NCBI RefSeq assembly: GCF_009914755.1
Contig: NC_060927.1
DNA: 64,000 nt
Strand: one strand, 5' to 3'
Origin: the human T2T-CHM13v2.0 reference genome, Homo sapiens
The translations under genes and the position numbers were made by a program. Below the pieces are notes generated by a model, which did no database searches, was not told where the DNA came from, and saw only the letters and a program-made list of their open reading frames with translations. Numbering within the stretch: the stretch's first letter is position 1; each line of letters opens with the position of its first letter. Shown one piece after another: positions 26,847-40,320 of this stretch.

Positions 26847-28124
26847 TGCATCATAATGGTTACAGTGTTGGGTGAGGAGATGGGATCATGACTTCTAGTT
26901 TTCTGTTATGTATTTGTATTATTTCAAGTGTTCTTGTATTCTTTTAATTTCCTATTGAATTCTTTTTTTCTGTTTTAAGACTCCCTGGAGAAGGAAGGCA
27001 TTTGGGCCAGCCTACTTAAAGTGAGACATATGCCCAATGTGCAAATTAGGCCAAAAGGCCACAAAATGTGTTTAGGAAACAAACCAGGGCATGTGAAATT
27101 GCACTTGCATAAACATGTTGTGTGTGTGTAATATTGATCTCCATCTCACAGGGGAGCAATAATGAGCTGGCAAAGGCTCCTGGGAGGGAAAATTAGAGGA
27201 TGAGAAAGCTACTCCATGAAAGTTATTGAACAGCAGGTGGCACGTTTGGAGGCCTGTGGTAGAAAGACCTGGGTTCTAGGCCTTTTCCCACTCTTCCCCT
27301 TAAACAGCTGCACATGATCCTGGGGAAATTCACCTATTTAGTCTTGGATTTTTAACCTATAAACTGGGAAAAGAGAATAAGAAGATAATTAAAATCCTTT
27401 GAAATAGAAATAATTTTATTTTCCGTAATTGTTGACCCAAAAGAGAAAATGATAAAATATTTTGGGAAGTGAGGCTAAGGGGGGATGAAAATAGACAAGT
27501 AGCCTAGCATGTGAGGAGGTTTCACCAAGAGTAAAAAACTTAGAATAACATGAAAGTAAGAAAACCATTTGGGGGCAATTTTAGGTGCATAGTAGCTATG
27601 CGGAACCTTTTTAGATTGGGAGATTCACCCAATTGATGAATCGAACTCTGTTGTTGAATTGAACATCCTGATTGCAATTCTAGCACCAGGAGGGGATTCC
27701 TCATGTGCATCTGGTTGTAGCCACCCAATTAAAATTCCCACAAAAAGGAATTAATTTTATAACTATCTAAGTCAATGAAATGGACTAATTCCCATTAGCT
27801 AGATTTCTAATGCAATTATTTTTAAATAGCATTAATTCCACAATTCTTTTAACCTTGCCATATAGCTTTCCCTAATGCCTGTTCCTCCAACCCCAAGTCC
27901 TTTTATTTTTAAACCTCTACAAGTCTTTCCCTCTTTAAATTTAGGAACATCCCCTGATCAATTTATATTACTTTTCAAATTGCTTTTTAATTGAAGTATA
28001 TGTACTTTTAAGTGGAAAATTCAGAGTGTGTGTGTGTCTGTGTGTGGGCACACATGCACATGCAAGAGACTGCTATGGTTCTTCTCAAACATTTTTCTGC
28101 AAAATGTCTTATAATATAACATAC

Positions 28125-28781
28125 TGCTCTAATGAGATTGCTTTTTCAAATGCAAATAATGCCCCGAATTCCTCAGAAGAAATGGAGTTTCTTTCCCTGC
28201 ACTATCAGACTAATTACAATTATTTTGTTACAATAGCTCTTCCTTGAGCAAAACCTTGCTCATTCTTCCTGCCTTCAGCAACTTGAGGATAAGGAGATAA
28301 GTCTGTTTCCTGGGTTGGTGGGTAACCCAATGAGCAGAATCTTAAGGAAGAGGAAGAAGAATAGTGGAAATTTAGCCCAAATTCAGTGGAAATCCAGGCT
28401 TCTTTCCTTCAACTGTGGCCTCAATGCATCCTCTACTCTTCGATCTCTGTAAGCCTCAGCCTTCACATTTCTTTGATAAATTCAGGATTCTAAAACTTCT
28501 GGTCCAAGTTCCTGCTTTCATTTTCAGCAAATGGCACTGGCATCATTCCTCACGATTCTGCTCTTTCAAAGTCTTCCTTCACTGTAACATAGAGAGAGAA
28601 AACTGTTCTCATTCTTCTTCCCTTATTTTATCCTGTTGATCCAGATAAATAGGTACCTCTTTGTCCAAAGTTAATTCTTGCAATTTATACTCCTCCAAAA
28701 TCCTGGGAGAACTTATCTCCAGATAAATCTGAAAGAGTTGGGCTATCTAGCTCTTCCTTCAAGGCCAGATTAGGTACACAA
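28125..28781 (-). pseudogene. Candidate large exon of fossil gene (charged, coiled-coil-like)
   Basis: Frame IYLEISSPRILEEYKLQELTLDKEVPIYLDQQDKIREEE*EQFSLSMLQ*RKTLKEQNREE*CQCHLLKMK, stops all TGA; flanking parts need frameshifts; upstream pyrimidine tract ends in AA instead of AG. Confidence 0.5.
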
Positions 28782-29898
28782 TTGGAGAATAAAAACAAAA
28801 TAAACAAAAACCCTGAAACAAAAATGAGCAGTCTAGGTCTTCACTAAAGTTTCTTAAGGAGATGGGGAAGGAATATACAAAACTTCCTTGAAATATATTG
28901 TTGATTTTCCTTTCTAACTCCTACTTCCTTGCCTATATCTCTTCCCTCTACTTCCCACTACCCAGTCTTTTCTTCTGGAAGTGAAATTAATTATCTGAAG
29001 CCATTTGGCTGCTATCACCTTTTCTTTCTAGTGACCCTCCCTCCTTCTCATCACATGGCACAACTAAAGCTCAACAATTAGCTGCCCAAGAAAATTTTAT
29101 TTTTCTTTAGAGCTCAGGCAATTGGGTGATATACATCATTCAGCATTATAAAACAAGGATAAGAATTATACTTCATAGAGTTGTTGTGAGAATTAAATGA
29201 GATAATATATGCCAAGCTTTTAGAATAGTGACTGGCACTAGGTAATAACTCAATACATTTTAGTTCCTTTCATCTTTAGCTATTTTTCCCAGCACATAAC
29301 AATTATGTTTGCTTCTCTAGCAGTTTTTATTTTGCATTTGCTCCCATTTTCTGTCCAAAACAACCTACGTTTTTGGATCATTTCCAACTATTATTTTCTT
29401 TTTTTAAAAAATGCTAAGCTTCTTGAACAGATAAGCTATCCTTTATGCCTATTTCCTCCTCAAGTCTCTGATTTCTAAGAGTTCAAAAGAAGTGAGAAGA
29501 ACATGAAAAGAACATAAGCACACATTCCAATACACACTATAGCTTTACAGTGCTCTGTTATTACCAGAAGGATGATGAAAAGAAGGGAATATCAGGCTAT
29601 GTGGAGTGGGCCAGAAAGACTTTAGCAGAGTTTGGAACAAGAGGAAAATAATTTTTGGCAGAGAATGGGGAAAGGCATTCAGATGGGCAAGAACTGTGGT
29701 TTGGAGCAAAAATGTAGAAATGTGTTCAGAGAACAGGAAGAGTTTTAAAACAAAGCATAATGTCTGAAATAGAGTAATGAAATGTAAAGTTATTGAACAA
29801 TGCTGTTTATGATAAATAAAGAGGTAACTGGTAGAGAGCCTAAAGTGAATGCAAAAGTGTCTAGATTTAATGGAGGGAGTAAGAGTAAGACTATGTAA

Positions 29899-30225
<327 letters not shown>

Positions 30226-30369
30226 AGGCTTATAATTATTAATAAAGACTATGTCGGTCTTATTTTTAGAGGGCTTACTACTATGTGCGAAACATTGTGC
30301 AAGAACCTCCGAGTGGTTTTCCTGCATTTCCTCTTGTTCTAATTCTTTCCTCAACATAACAGCAACAGT

Positions 30370-31297
30370 AATTTTTTAAAAATGCAAATCTGATCATGTT
30401 ATTGACTCCTCCATATCTTTCTTAAAATCCTTCACCAGCTTCCCTTTGCTCTTAAGATAAAGATCAAAATCCTAACATATCCCTACTAGGCCCTACTGTA
30501 TCTGGCTCCAGCCTCTTCAGCTTCAATTCTTGTTCTCTTTTTGTCCCTTAAAACAAACACTGCCGTCTCCTGGCTTGGTGCTTCACACGTGTTCTTTCTT
30601 AATCCTGGACAGCTCCTGCCTACACCTCTGGGTCTGGTTTACACTGCCTCGTCCTCCACATCTGCGAGAAACTTTGTCAGGAAAGCCTAGGCAACCTCTC
30701 CTATTGCTTCCTTCACAGTGTGGACAGCTATGGGGGTACACCAAGAGGATGTCCCTTCAAGACCTTGCCATTCAGCTGAAAGGAGTGCAGACGACTAACT
30801 GCCTCCAGCCGTTAGTGTCTCAGGGCCTGCCTCAGCCACACTCTTCTGGAGCAGCCCCAGTGTCGTGGCTGGACGTAGTAAGGGGACTAGCATCTGATCA
30901 TTTCTATCCAACTGGGATTCCTCTATTAGACAATCTTTGTTTCCAAGTCTCTCTTTGATTGGCCAAGACTTTGACAACAGCATTGCAGTCTGATGCTCAT
31001 TCCTGCCCAATCCTGCTTCTTCCACCCTTAATTTTTCTCGGACATTAACCCCCAATGAATCTTGTATGCTTCTGACTCTTTCTCTGAATCTAACTCTGCA
31101 GAACCCAATGACACATAGCATTTACCATGATTGCAATCTATAAATTTATTTATGTAATACCTAGTAAATATTGGCACCACACTGCAAATTTATGAGAGGA
31201 GAGACCACATCAACAACTCAAAGTTGTATCCTTAGTTATCTTCCAAAATGCTTGATACATAGAATATCTCAAAAAATATTTGTGGAAAAAAAGTGAA
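30370..31297 (+). mobile_element. L2 3' portion interrupted by LTR
   Basis: aaaatgcaaatctgatcatgt..cttaaaatccttca..; tail ctcaaaaaatatttgtggaa. Confidence 0.7.
30719..31113 (+). mobile_element. LTR16A-like ERVL solo LTR
   Basis: TG..CA termini, cctgcccaatcctgcttc core; TSD cacag/catag. Confidence 0.72.
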
Positions 31298-31707
31298 GAA
31301 TTTTTAGATGAACTATCTCACTAATTCTTTGAGAAATATACTATCATTATGCCATTTTAAAGGTGGGGAAACTGAAGGAGAGAGATTAACTTGCCCAAAT
31401 TTGAATCCAGGTGTGTCTGATTTCCAAGATCTTCTTCTGAATCTCTACTTAATTTTCTTCCTGAGTAGGTGAACAAGAGGTTCAGAATGGCCCATCAGCT
31501 AGGACCCTTGGGTTTTTACCTTTCTAGGTTTTTCTTTTATCAAACACTGTGAGCTTGATTTGGAAAAGGATCTTAATTCATTTCTGTATTTCTAATAATG
31601 CCTGGCACATAAAAGTGCTTGCTCAGTGTGTAGTGAACTGGATGAGCAGTGGAGGACAGAAATGATGCTTGAAGTAGATGATTCTTGCTGGTCTCTATAG
31701 ACTCTAC

Positions 31708-31904
31708 TGCTTCTCAAGAAGAACTGATGTCCAGGACAGCTGGAGTATAGCTTTATTTGATAACAACTCCTCTCCTCCATATCTAAGGCTATATGGCAGC
31801 TTTTCTCTGTAAAGAATTTCCATTTGTGCTGCAAAAAGAAATCAGTGGACCTGAGCACCAATCATTTTCCTCTTGCCTTCAGAGTTATGATGCACTTGAT
31901 GCAG
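31708..31904 (-). pseudogene. Candidate exon of fossil gene
   Basis: ttcattcctAG|LHQVHHNSEGKRKMIGAQVH*FLFAAQMEILYREKLPYSLRYGGEELLSNKAILQLSWTSVLLEK, one TGA; donor uncertain. Confidence 0.5.
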
Positions 31905-34270
31905 CTAGGAATGAATTATTGCAGCAGAGCTTGGAAGGAATGTTAAAGAAAGATTTAGCCTATTTATTTTGTAAAGGGAAGAAATTGAGGTCCAGAGATA
32001 TAAAGCAAGCCAAGATGGAACTGGAACGAGATCTCCTGTCTCTCCTTTACTGACTTCCAGCCTACAGAAGAAATTAAGAATCTTCATTTTACTTCCTAGC
32101 AGTAAGGCTAAACTTTGCCTCAGAGAGAGTCATGCAGCCACCTTTTGCTGGGATGTGACCCAGGAAAGAGGTATGGGCTGTGGCAGGCATAGAAGATTCT
32201 AGAATCACAGTACTGTGCAAGAATCAGTATTTCCTAGACAAGTACAACTTCTGACAATAAGATATACTCACTGGAAAAATAAGTGTAATTGCTTGACTAC
32301 GGAGTTACCTAATCTAGTTTGGATCTTATTGTTGGAAAGTCTGATCAAATTTGAGTTCTCCTGTATGACTTTCTCAAATCTTTAGTGGTTCTAGCCTAAA
32401 GCAATCACTACTCTCTTCCAAGGAGTGCTTACCACTGCTCTGACATTGAGTCTCTTTCTTTGTGAATATTTGTACCTTCCTGGTGTATTTTTATGTTATA
32501 AATTTAAAAGGAGGCAAAAATAGGCATATGTCCTGGCAGAGGTCATACCACTTCAATATTAGGACCAGTCTCTCTTTATTTACAAGGGTCAAGGCAATTC
32601 TCAGGCTAAGAGAGATGGACCAGGCAGCCTCAGTTCTCTCCTGGCCACTGGTCCTCCCTGGTACCCGTCAGCCTGCCAGGAGCTGGTGCTGCAACTCTGT
32701 CTTAGTGCCCATCATTCTCCTGGTTGGCTAGGAGGCCCTGCTGGGTTTGGAGAGGATCAGGGCGCAAGGCCAGGCAAGATGAGAGGCCACAGAAAAGATG
32801 TGAAGAAAAAAAAATCCTGCAAAATGCATCAAAACAGTACTGAAAGTAAACCTTGGCTGTGGACTGAGGATTGGCAAGAAAGTGAAGTAGCCCTGTTCAA
32901 GGTCAGAGCAGCGTGAACATTCTCAAGCTGGAAGCTGAAATCAATTTTTCTTCCCTTTCAGTCTGGCAGCTGCATATGGTGGGTACGTCAGAAGCTAGAA
33001 CACTAAGAATCAACCCTGGCAACAGTAACACTAGGAAAAGGCAAAAGGGCCCACAGACAAAGGACTGGGGCCAAAAGAGGCATTGATCCTTGCTGTTAGG
33101 CCCCTTGCTAACAGGGCAGAGCTGGTCCATGGCCTATGAAGGCATCATGGGAGTATGGACTCTTGTGGGTTCCTAGTTTTATCATAATTAGTTTTTCATG
33201 AAATTGTTTTTTAAAATAATTCTTTAAAATAATTATATGTCCTCGTAGCTAAGGCCATGTTTTGATGACAGTGGGAATAAGAAGAGACTGTTCCTCTGTT
33301 ATGAGGCTTAAAATTCAGGACAGGGAAGCTGCTGCACTTCTGATCAGTCAGTTCTTGCCAAGATGGGTCCAAAGATTTTGGATCAATGGAGCACAGAGGA
33401 AGGGAGGTAGGGAATGTAGGGAAATCAAGCTCCTTTTCTGTCTCTTCTGCCTCACTGCTCTGTGGAGTGCATAAGGGTGAAGGTAATTTAAGGATGGAAA
33501 AGGAAGCAAGGGAAAACACTGTCCAGTGAACAAAAATATCACAGAATAAGAATTTTTAGAGATAGAAGAAAATCCATATTTTGAAAATTTAAATGTGATA
33601 GATTCTCACACGTTTATAGCTTATATAGATCTGGAAATGAACAAGTAAACTGAGAAGGGAAAGGAGGAGAGAACACGTTGTCCAGAACAAGGTCGGCTGT
33701 AGGCAGATCTGACAGCCTCCGCAATGGAGAAGACAGAGGAGATGCGGTGGAGCCTAACAGTCTTCCTTTTGCACATTTAAAGTCAACTAACATTTGTTGA
33801 GCACCTTTTAGGTGCCAGGTATTGTGCTGGACCCTGGACATTTAGAAGCTAATAAGTTATACCATTATAACATTTTAGAGAATAAGGTAGATCTGTTCAT
33901 AGACAACCTCAAAACAAGGCATAATGTGACAGATTCAATAGAGATAGAAGCTGTATGCTACAGGAAGACAGAAGAGGCTAAGAGTGATTCTGTCTAGTAG
34001 ATAACAGAATCCTTTAAGGAGGAGGGGTCATTTGATCTAAAAATTGAAAGATGAAAAATTGAAAGATGATTTTCTTTTCTCTTTCTTTGCTCTGTAAATT
34101 GATGTTTTATTTGAATAGGTAAATTCATTAACTTAAGAACATTAAATCCCTTCACTTTGCACTAAAACAACAGCAGCACAATATGTATGATGAATTCCTG
34201 GGGATATTATCATTCTGTATCAGAGCTCAGGTTCACATTTGATTGTTTCAATAGCAGTGCAAAGGGTCTT

Positions 34271-34568
34271 TTTTTAAAAAAAATTTTTACTCTAAGTTCT
34301 GGGATACATGTGCAGAACGTGCAGGTTTGTTACATAGACATGCATGTGCCATGGTGTTTTGCTGCACCTATCAACTGGTCATCTAGGTTTTAAGCCCCGC
34401 ATGCATGCATTAGGTATTTGTCCTAATGCTCTCCCTCCCTTGCCCCTGCCCCCGCGACAGGCCCCGGTGTGTGATATTCCCCTCCCTGTGTCCATGTGTT
34501 CTCATTGTTCATCTCCCACTTATGAGTGAGAACATGTGGTGTTTGGTTTTCTGTTCCTGTGTTAGTTT
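34271..34568 (-). mobile_element. L1PA7/8-like ~300-bp 3' fragment
   Basis: ctaggttttaagccccgcatgca motif; 14-bp TSD gtgcaa(a/g)gggtctt 34257-34270/34569-34582. Confidence 0.92.
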
Positions 34569-34857
34569 GTGCAAGGGGTCTTATGAAAACAGGAGAATGC
34601 AGAGCCAGAGAAAACCTAACAAGCTACAGTAAGAAATAGAAACTTCTCCAGGGAAAATGACAACCCATTATTTTAGAAAAGGAACATTGCCCTTTCCCCA
34701 ATAATATGCAGCTACTGCATCCTTGTGATTGTAGATCAGATTATATTTATAACCCACTGTTACAGTGAAATCCACAATTTTACTGCACGTGAAATTGCTT
34801 AAGACCATAGGAAGTATTAAAGTCAGAGACTGGATCACTTCATTCAGGTGTTTTAAT

Positions 34858-35071
34858 CAGAGGTCAGCAAACTTTCTGTAAAAGCCCAGATAACAAATAT
34901 TTTCAGCTTTGCAGACCACATGGTCTATGTTGCAACTATTTGACTCTGCCATTATAGCATGAAAGCAGCCACAGACAAGATGTAAATGAATGAAAGTGGC
35001 TGTGTTCTAATAAAGCATTATTTACAAAAATAGCTGGATTTGATCCTAGAGCCATAGTGTTCCAAGCCCTG
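34858..35071. mobile_element. MER58A (hAT-Charlie)
   Basis: cagaggtcagcaaactttctgtaaa..gccctg termini. Confidence 0.85.
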
Positions 35072-35250
35072 CTTTTACTCATCACTTTAAAGTGACTCTT
35101 CCCCATTCCTGCTACACTCTCACTTCTGCAACATGAAGGGCAGTGGAGGTATCCATTAAGAGCATAGCTCTCCTTTCCAACCCCACGTTAGTATTTTTCA
35201 ACCAATAGTTAATTTCCTTTTTATATTTAAGAATCACAACATTCTATCCC

Positions 35251-35544
35251 GGCTGGGTGCAGTGGCTCACGCCTGTAATCCCAGCACTTTGGGAGGCTGA
35301 GGCGGGAGTATCACTTGAGGTCAGGAGTTGGAGACCAGCCTGGCAAACATGGTGAAACTCTGTCTCTACTAAAAATACAAAAATTAGCTGGGCATGGTGG
35401 TGCATGCCTATAATCCCATCTACTTGGGAGGCTGAGGCAAGAGAATAACTTGAACCTGGAAGGTGAAGTTTTCAGTGAGCTGAGATCACGCCACTAAACT
35501 CCAGCCTAGATGACAGAGTGAGACTCCGTCAAAAAAAAAAAAAA
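35251..35544 (+). mobile_element. AluS
   Basis: Full dimer, A-tail, TSD core attctatcc. Confidence 0.93.
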
Positions 35545-35703
35545 ATTCTATCCTTACTCTTTCACATAAATTTATACCTCCATTTTTTTTTCTACATCTA
35601 TCCAGGCATATCTCAATCGTCACATGGATTAATCTTTCCTTATCCTTAGCAACTACTGTGGCTAAGCTGCTCTGGAAACAGAATTCCAGAGCTCCATTCT
35701 GAA

Positions 35704-36501
<798 letters not shown>

Positions 36502-36725
36502 CTTTAACATTTTAAATAAGGATTTTTTTTTAAACAAAGGCTGAGATGAGCTTCATTATAGTTCTTAAAATAATGACTATTTTAGAAAACAGTAATCATC
36601 TTACATTTTAAATCATTGGATATTTATGTTTGTTAAATGTGGCAAAATAGAGCATGAGAGTTGTCTATGTGAATTTATTGGGCTTTTGTACTATAGCTTT
36701 AAAATATTCATTGCTTTTTATGAAT

Positions 36726-37163
36726 TCAAATAACAAATAGAGGCAACTGAGAAACATTTACTATGTTAAGTAAGCCTGGGATGTACAGCCTGCCTGGTTC
36801 TCTTAGCAACAGTTGTTGAGGCAACAGGGCAAAGGTTGTGCTATATAACCAGGTTAACTGGACACCGTCAGGTTGCTGAACAGAGCAGTTCCTCTCAGAA
36901 GGGCTGAAGGTGGCGAGGCAACATAAATACATCTGCAATTCATTCATTGCCCATTTACACTCTAGGCTTGCAATCATCTGCAGCAATCCCCCTATCCACA
37001 CCCTACAACCGGCAGTCAAGCTTGAACTATTTGGCTAGCTTCTTGTGGATTATAGGCTATGTGATAGCACCAGTAGTTCCCATAGGTAACAGTTTACATT
37101 CTTGATTCTTTGGAGAGGAACTTGCTGTTGGTCACCAATCACACTGCCTGAGTTTTCACACTG
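36726..37163 (-). pseudogene. Candidate large exon of fossil gene
   Basis: ORFs 37050-37304 and 36726-37019 share one frame (193 codons, two internal stops); possible acceptor ctacAG| at 37163. Confidence 0.45.
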
Positions 37164-37327
37164 CTGTAGGAGTTCCCTATGAGGGGAGGCCCTACAGAAC
37201 AATCCTTTCCTGCTCATTAACCCACTTCTGGGCAGCATAATTTGTCTTTTTTTTTTCTTTACACTCAGCATGGGCATACCATGCCAGGTTGATTTGTAAG
37301 ACACAGGACAGATGCAAAAAGGATTAC

Positions 37328-37419
37328 CTACAAGGCTGTAAAATGGCCCTGTGTTTCTCTATCTGCTGCTAGCTGGGCAACCTGGAAGCAAAGATTGTTC
37401 TTTTCTTCTTGCACTTTAC
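37328..37419 (-). pseudogene. Candidate exon of fossil gene
   Basis: tttttattttctaAG|GT ... TAG|GTAATC; KVQEEKNNLCFQVAQLAADRETQGHFTAL*. Confidence 0.55.
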
Positions 37420-37919
37420 CTTAGAAAATAAAAAGTAATAAACCACAATTCTTTACTTTCATTGCTCAGAAATGCTTTAAGGCAGTGGCCACAAGATTCC
37501 TGAAATACTTGTCTTTCAAGGGCCCAAGATATCCCAGCCCCTGGTTTTTCATCTTTCCAGCCTTAGCTCCACATACTCTACACTACTGTATTCTCATACT
37601 AGAATGAGATGCTACTGCCCTTCATCCTGCTAACAGGACACACCCAGTGCCACATTTTAATTGGACCTATTATGTAACACCCTATTCCTGGTATCAATTT
37701 CAGGTTTAGTTAAGTTCCTTTGGTTGCAAGGAACAGAGACAAATGGGGTGAGGGGGTAGCTATTCTAAGGATATACTTGAACTATAATCGAGCCTGAAAA
37801 TCTGGTGAGAGCCAAAGCAATTTAGAAAATAACTGCTTTTTTGAATTTTCTCAGGGACATATGGCTTCTCTAAATAATATCATCTCTGTGACTTTCTTGT
37901 TTCTCCTGATTGCTTTTTC

Positions 37920-38410
37920 TTCATTCATTCACAAATATTTATTGATGTGCAGGGTACTGCTCTATGTACCAAGAATGAAGTGTTGAAAAAAAATAGACAA
38001 AATCATGGAGTTCAGACTTTAATAGAAAGAGACAGGCAACAAACAGATGATAAATATATAATGCCAAGCAGCAATAAATGCTGTGGAGAAAAATAAAGCA
38101 GGGAAAGAAAATAGGGAATAGCAGGATGCTATTTTAGATAGGATAATCAGAGAAAGTCTCTCCAAGAAGGTAAAATTTGAGTACAGACCTGAATGAATTG
38201 AGAGAGGAAGCCACAGGGCAACAGTGTTCCTGGTGGAGGAAGCAGCAAGTGCAAAGACCCTAAGGCAAGAATATGCTTGTTGTGTTGGGATCAACACCAA
38301 AATCAGTTAGGGATGGAGTGCTGAGAGCAGAGGGAAAATTCATGGATAATAGAGTCAGAAAGGTATCCAGGGATCCGATTAAGTAAGGCCTTGTAGGGTC
38401 TGGTAAAAAC
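37920..38410 (-). mobile_element. L2 3' end
   Basis: tcattcattcacaaatatttattga..aagtgcaaagaccctaaggcaaga. Confidence 0.82.
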
Positions 38411-38638
38411 AGTCATATGTTAAATTTGAATTATTTATTAACATGACGCAGGATTGAAAAATTAAAAGCATGTGATCTGGGACCAGATTCGCTTAGGTTA
38501 ATCTCTTGGTTCTGCCAATTTCTAGCTGTGAGATATTTTGCCTCAGTTTCTTCTGCGAAGTGAGTATATTAATAGCTTCTGTCTCATGGGGTTGTTGAAA
38601 CTATTAAATGAGTTATTTACAAATAAAAGCATGTAGAA

Positions 38639-39059
38639 CAGTGGTTAGAAAGCTATGCCTTGTGGGCCAATCCTGTTCATTATTTATTTTTTATGGCCAG
38701 AAGGATGCTAAGAATGTTTTTTTGTTTTACATTTATAAATGGATTAAAAATAAAAGCTATTTCTTACTTTATTTATTAATTTTTTTAAATCAGGCAGCCT
38801 CCCAAGCCAGAATAGGCTCAGAGACTCTCAAAATACTATTTCTTGACTTATGAAAATTATATCAAATTCGAATTTCAGTGTCCAAAAATAAAAGTTTTTT
38901 TTTTTTGATACACAGACATACTAATTCATTTACATGTTGTCTATGGATGTTTTCATACTATAACAGCAGAGTCAAGTAGATGTGACCAAGGCTATAAGGC
39001 CTACAAAACGTCAGATATTTACTATCTAGCCATTTTTAGAAAAAGTTTGTTGACCTCTG
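38639..39059. mobile_element. MER58B (hAT-Charlie) inserted in a MIR
   Basis: cagtggtt..aaaaagtttgttgacctctg; TSD at(g/a)tagaa 38631-38638/39060-39067. Confidence 0.85.
38766..38830 (-). mobile_element. Tiny A-tailed retroposed insert (~42-nt body)
   Basis: Body gagagtctctgagcctattctggcttgggaggctgcctgatt + decayed A-tail; TSD aaaagctatttctt 38752-38765/aaatactatttctt 38831-38844. Confidence 0.75.
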
Positions 39060-39214
39060 ATATAGAACATCGACAGGTTTGAAAACACTCGATACTTGTC
39101 AGCTGTAAGCTTTAGTAGATAGTTCAGTTACTGCTCAGTCTCTACTCTTTTCTAAAGGTACATTTCACACAGTCCACACTGGCCTCAATTCTGTGTCATT
39201 GCTTTGCATTGTGC

Positions 39215-39710
39215 TCACCATGGCTTCCCAATCGCAGCATGATCTGGCTTCTGTCTCCCTCTCTGATCTCATCTTTCCCTCTTACTCACTCTGCTCCAGT
39301 TGCCCTGGCTGTCTGTCAGTTCTGGGAATCTGCTGAGAATTTCCTTCCTTGGGGTCTTTGCAATTGCTTCTCCTTATATTTGGAACATTCTTTCCCCAAC
39401 TATACACAAATCTGAATCTCTATCATTCTTCAGATCTCAGTTTAAATATCACATCTCAGATAGCCCTTCCCAAACCACCTTACATAAAGTGTCCCTCCCC
39501 CTTGCTATTCCTTATCCAAATACTTTATTTACTTCATTCATGGCAATAATAATCATCTGTCGTTCTTTCATCTATTTATTTGTTTCATTGCTTTTTGTCC
39601 TCTTTCCCACTAGAATGTTAGTTCCTTGAAGACAGGGACTTTATGTTTTTAATTCTTTGTTATAATATAGTACTGCACTCCATAAGTATTTGTTGGATTA
39701 ATGAATGATA
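39215..39710 (+). mobile_element. L2 3' end
   Basis: ttcagatctcagtttaaatatcac..cactagaatgttagttcctt..tatttgttggattaatgaatga. Confidence 0.8.
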
Positions 39711-40320
39711 TTTTTGCTTCAACTCTCATGGCGAAGTACACTAATTCTCTTGTTTGTTTATTTGTTTTTCTCCTACTGTCATACCAAGGAAAATGATTTA
39801 TTTTATCTTTTTCTCAAGGCTATGTCACAGGTCACTGGCTGGGCTATTGTTTGGCTGACTTTGGTCAGATAGCCTTCCCTGGTCTAATGAACTATGGCCA
39901 GGAGTTGGGAATGAGGTGGCATCACAAGGGACAAATTAGCTCCTTTCAGCAGGACCTATGGACAGATAGCACAAAGTGGGGTGCAATCAGGAAAGAGCTT
40001 TGTGCTTTCTCTTTATTGCCTGTACTCTCTGCTGTTACATCTTCCTCTGCTCTCAGATGAAATCTTGGGTAGAGCTCATATCTTATATGCTTACAATTAG
40101 ACAATAAAATCTGTCTCCTCTGGTCACTTGATTTCCTAAAACAGCCTTAGTTCAATAATTAATATATCTAGTTCACTGTAATAGTAAAAATTTTGAAATT
40201 CATTCAAAGTTACATCTTTTTCTTTTCCCTAATTTGGACCTGCTTCAACTGGAAGCTTGCTGTGCAGTTGGGTGTGGATGGGAGCACGTGGGTTGTTTCC
40301 TTTCCTTCTTCCCCACTCAC

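Noticed and set aside
32860-33520. Protein-looking ORFs on both strands
   Set aside because: Both strands read equally well, which shows that plausibility by eye alone is weak evidence
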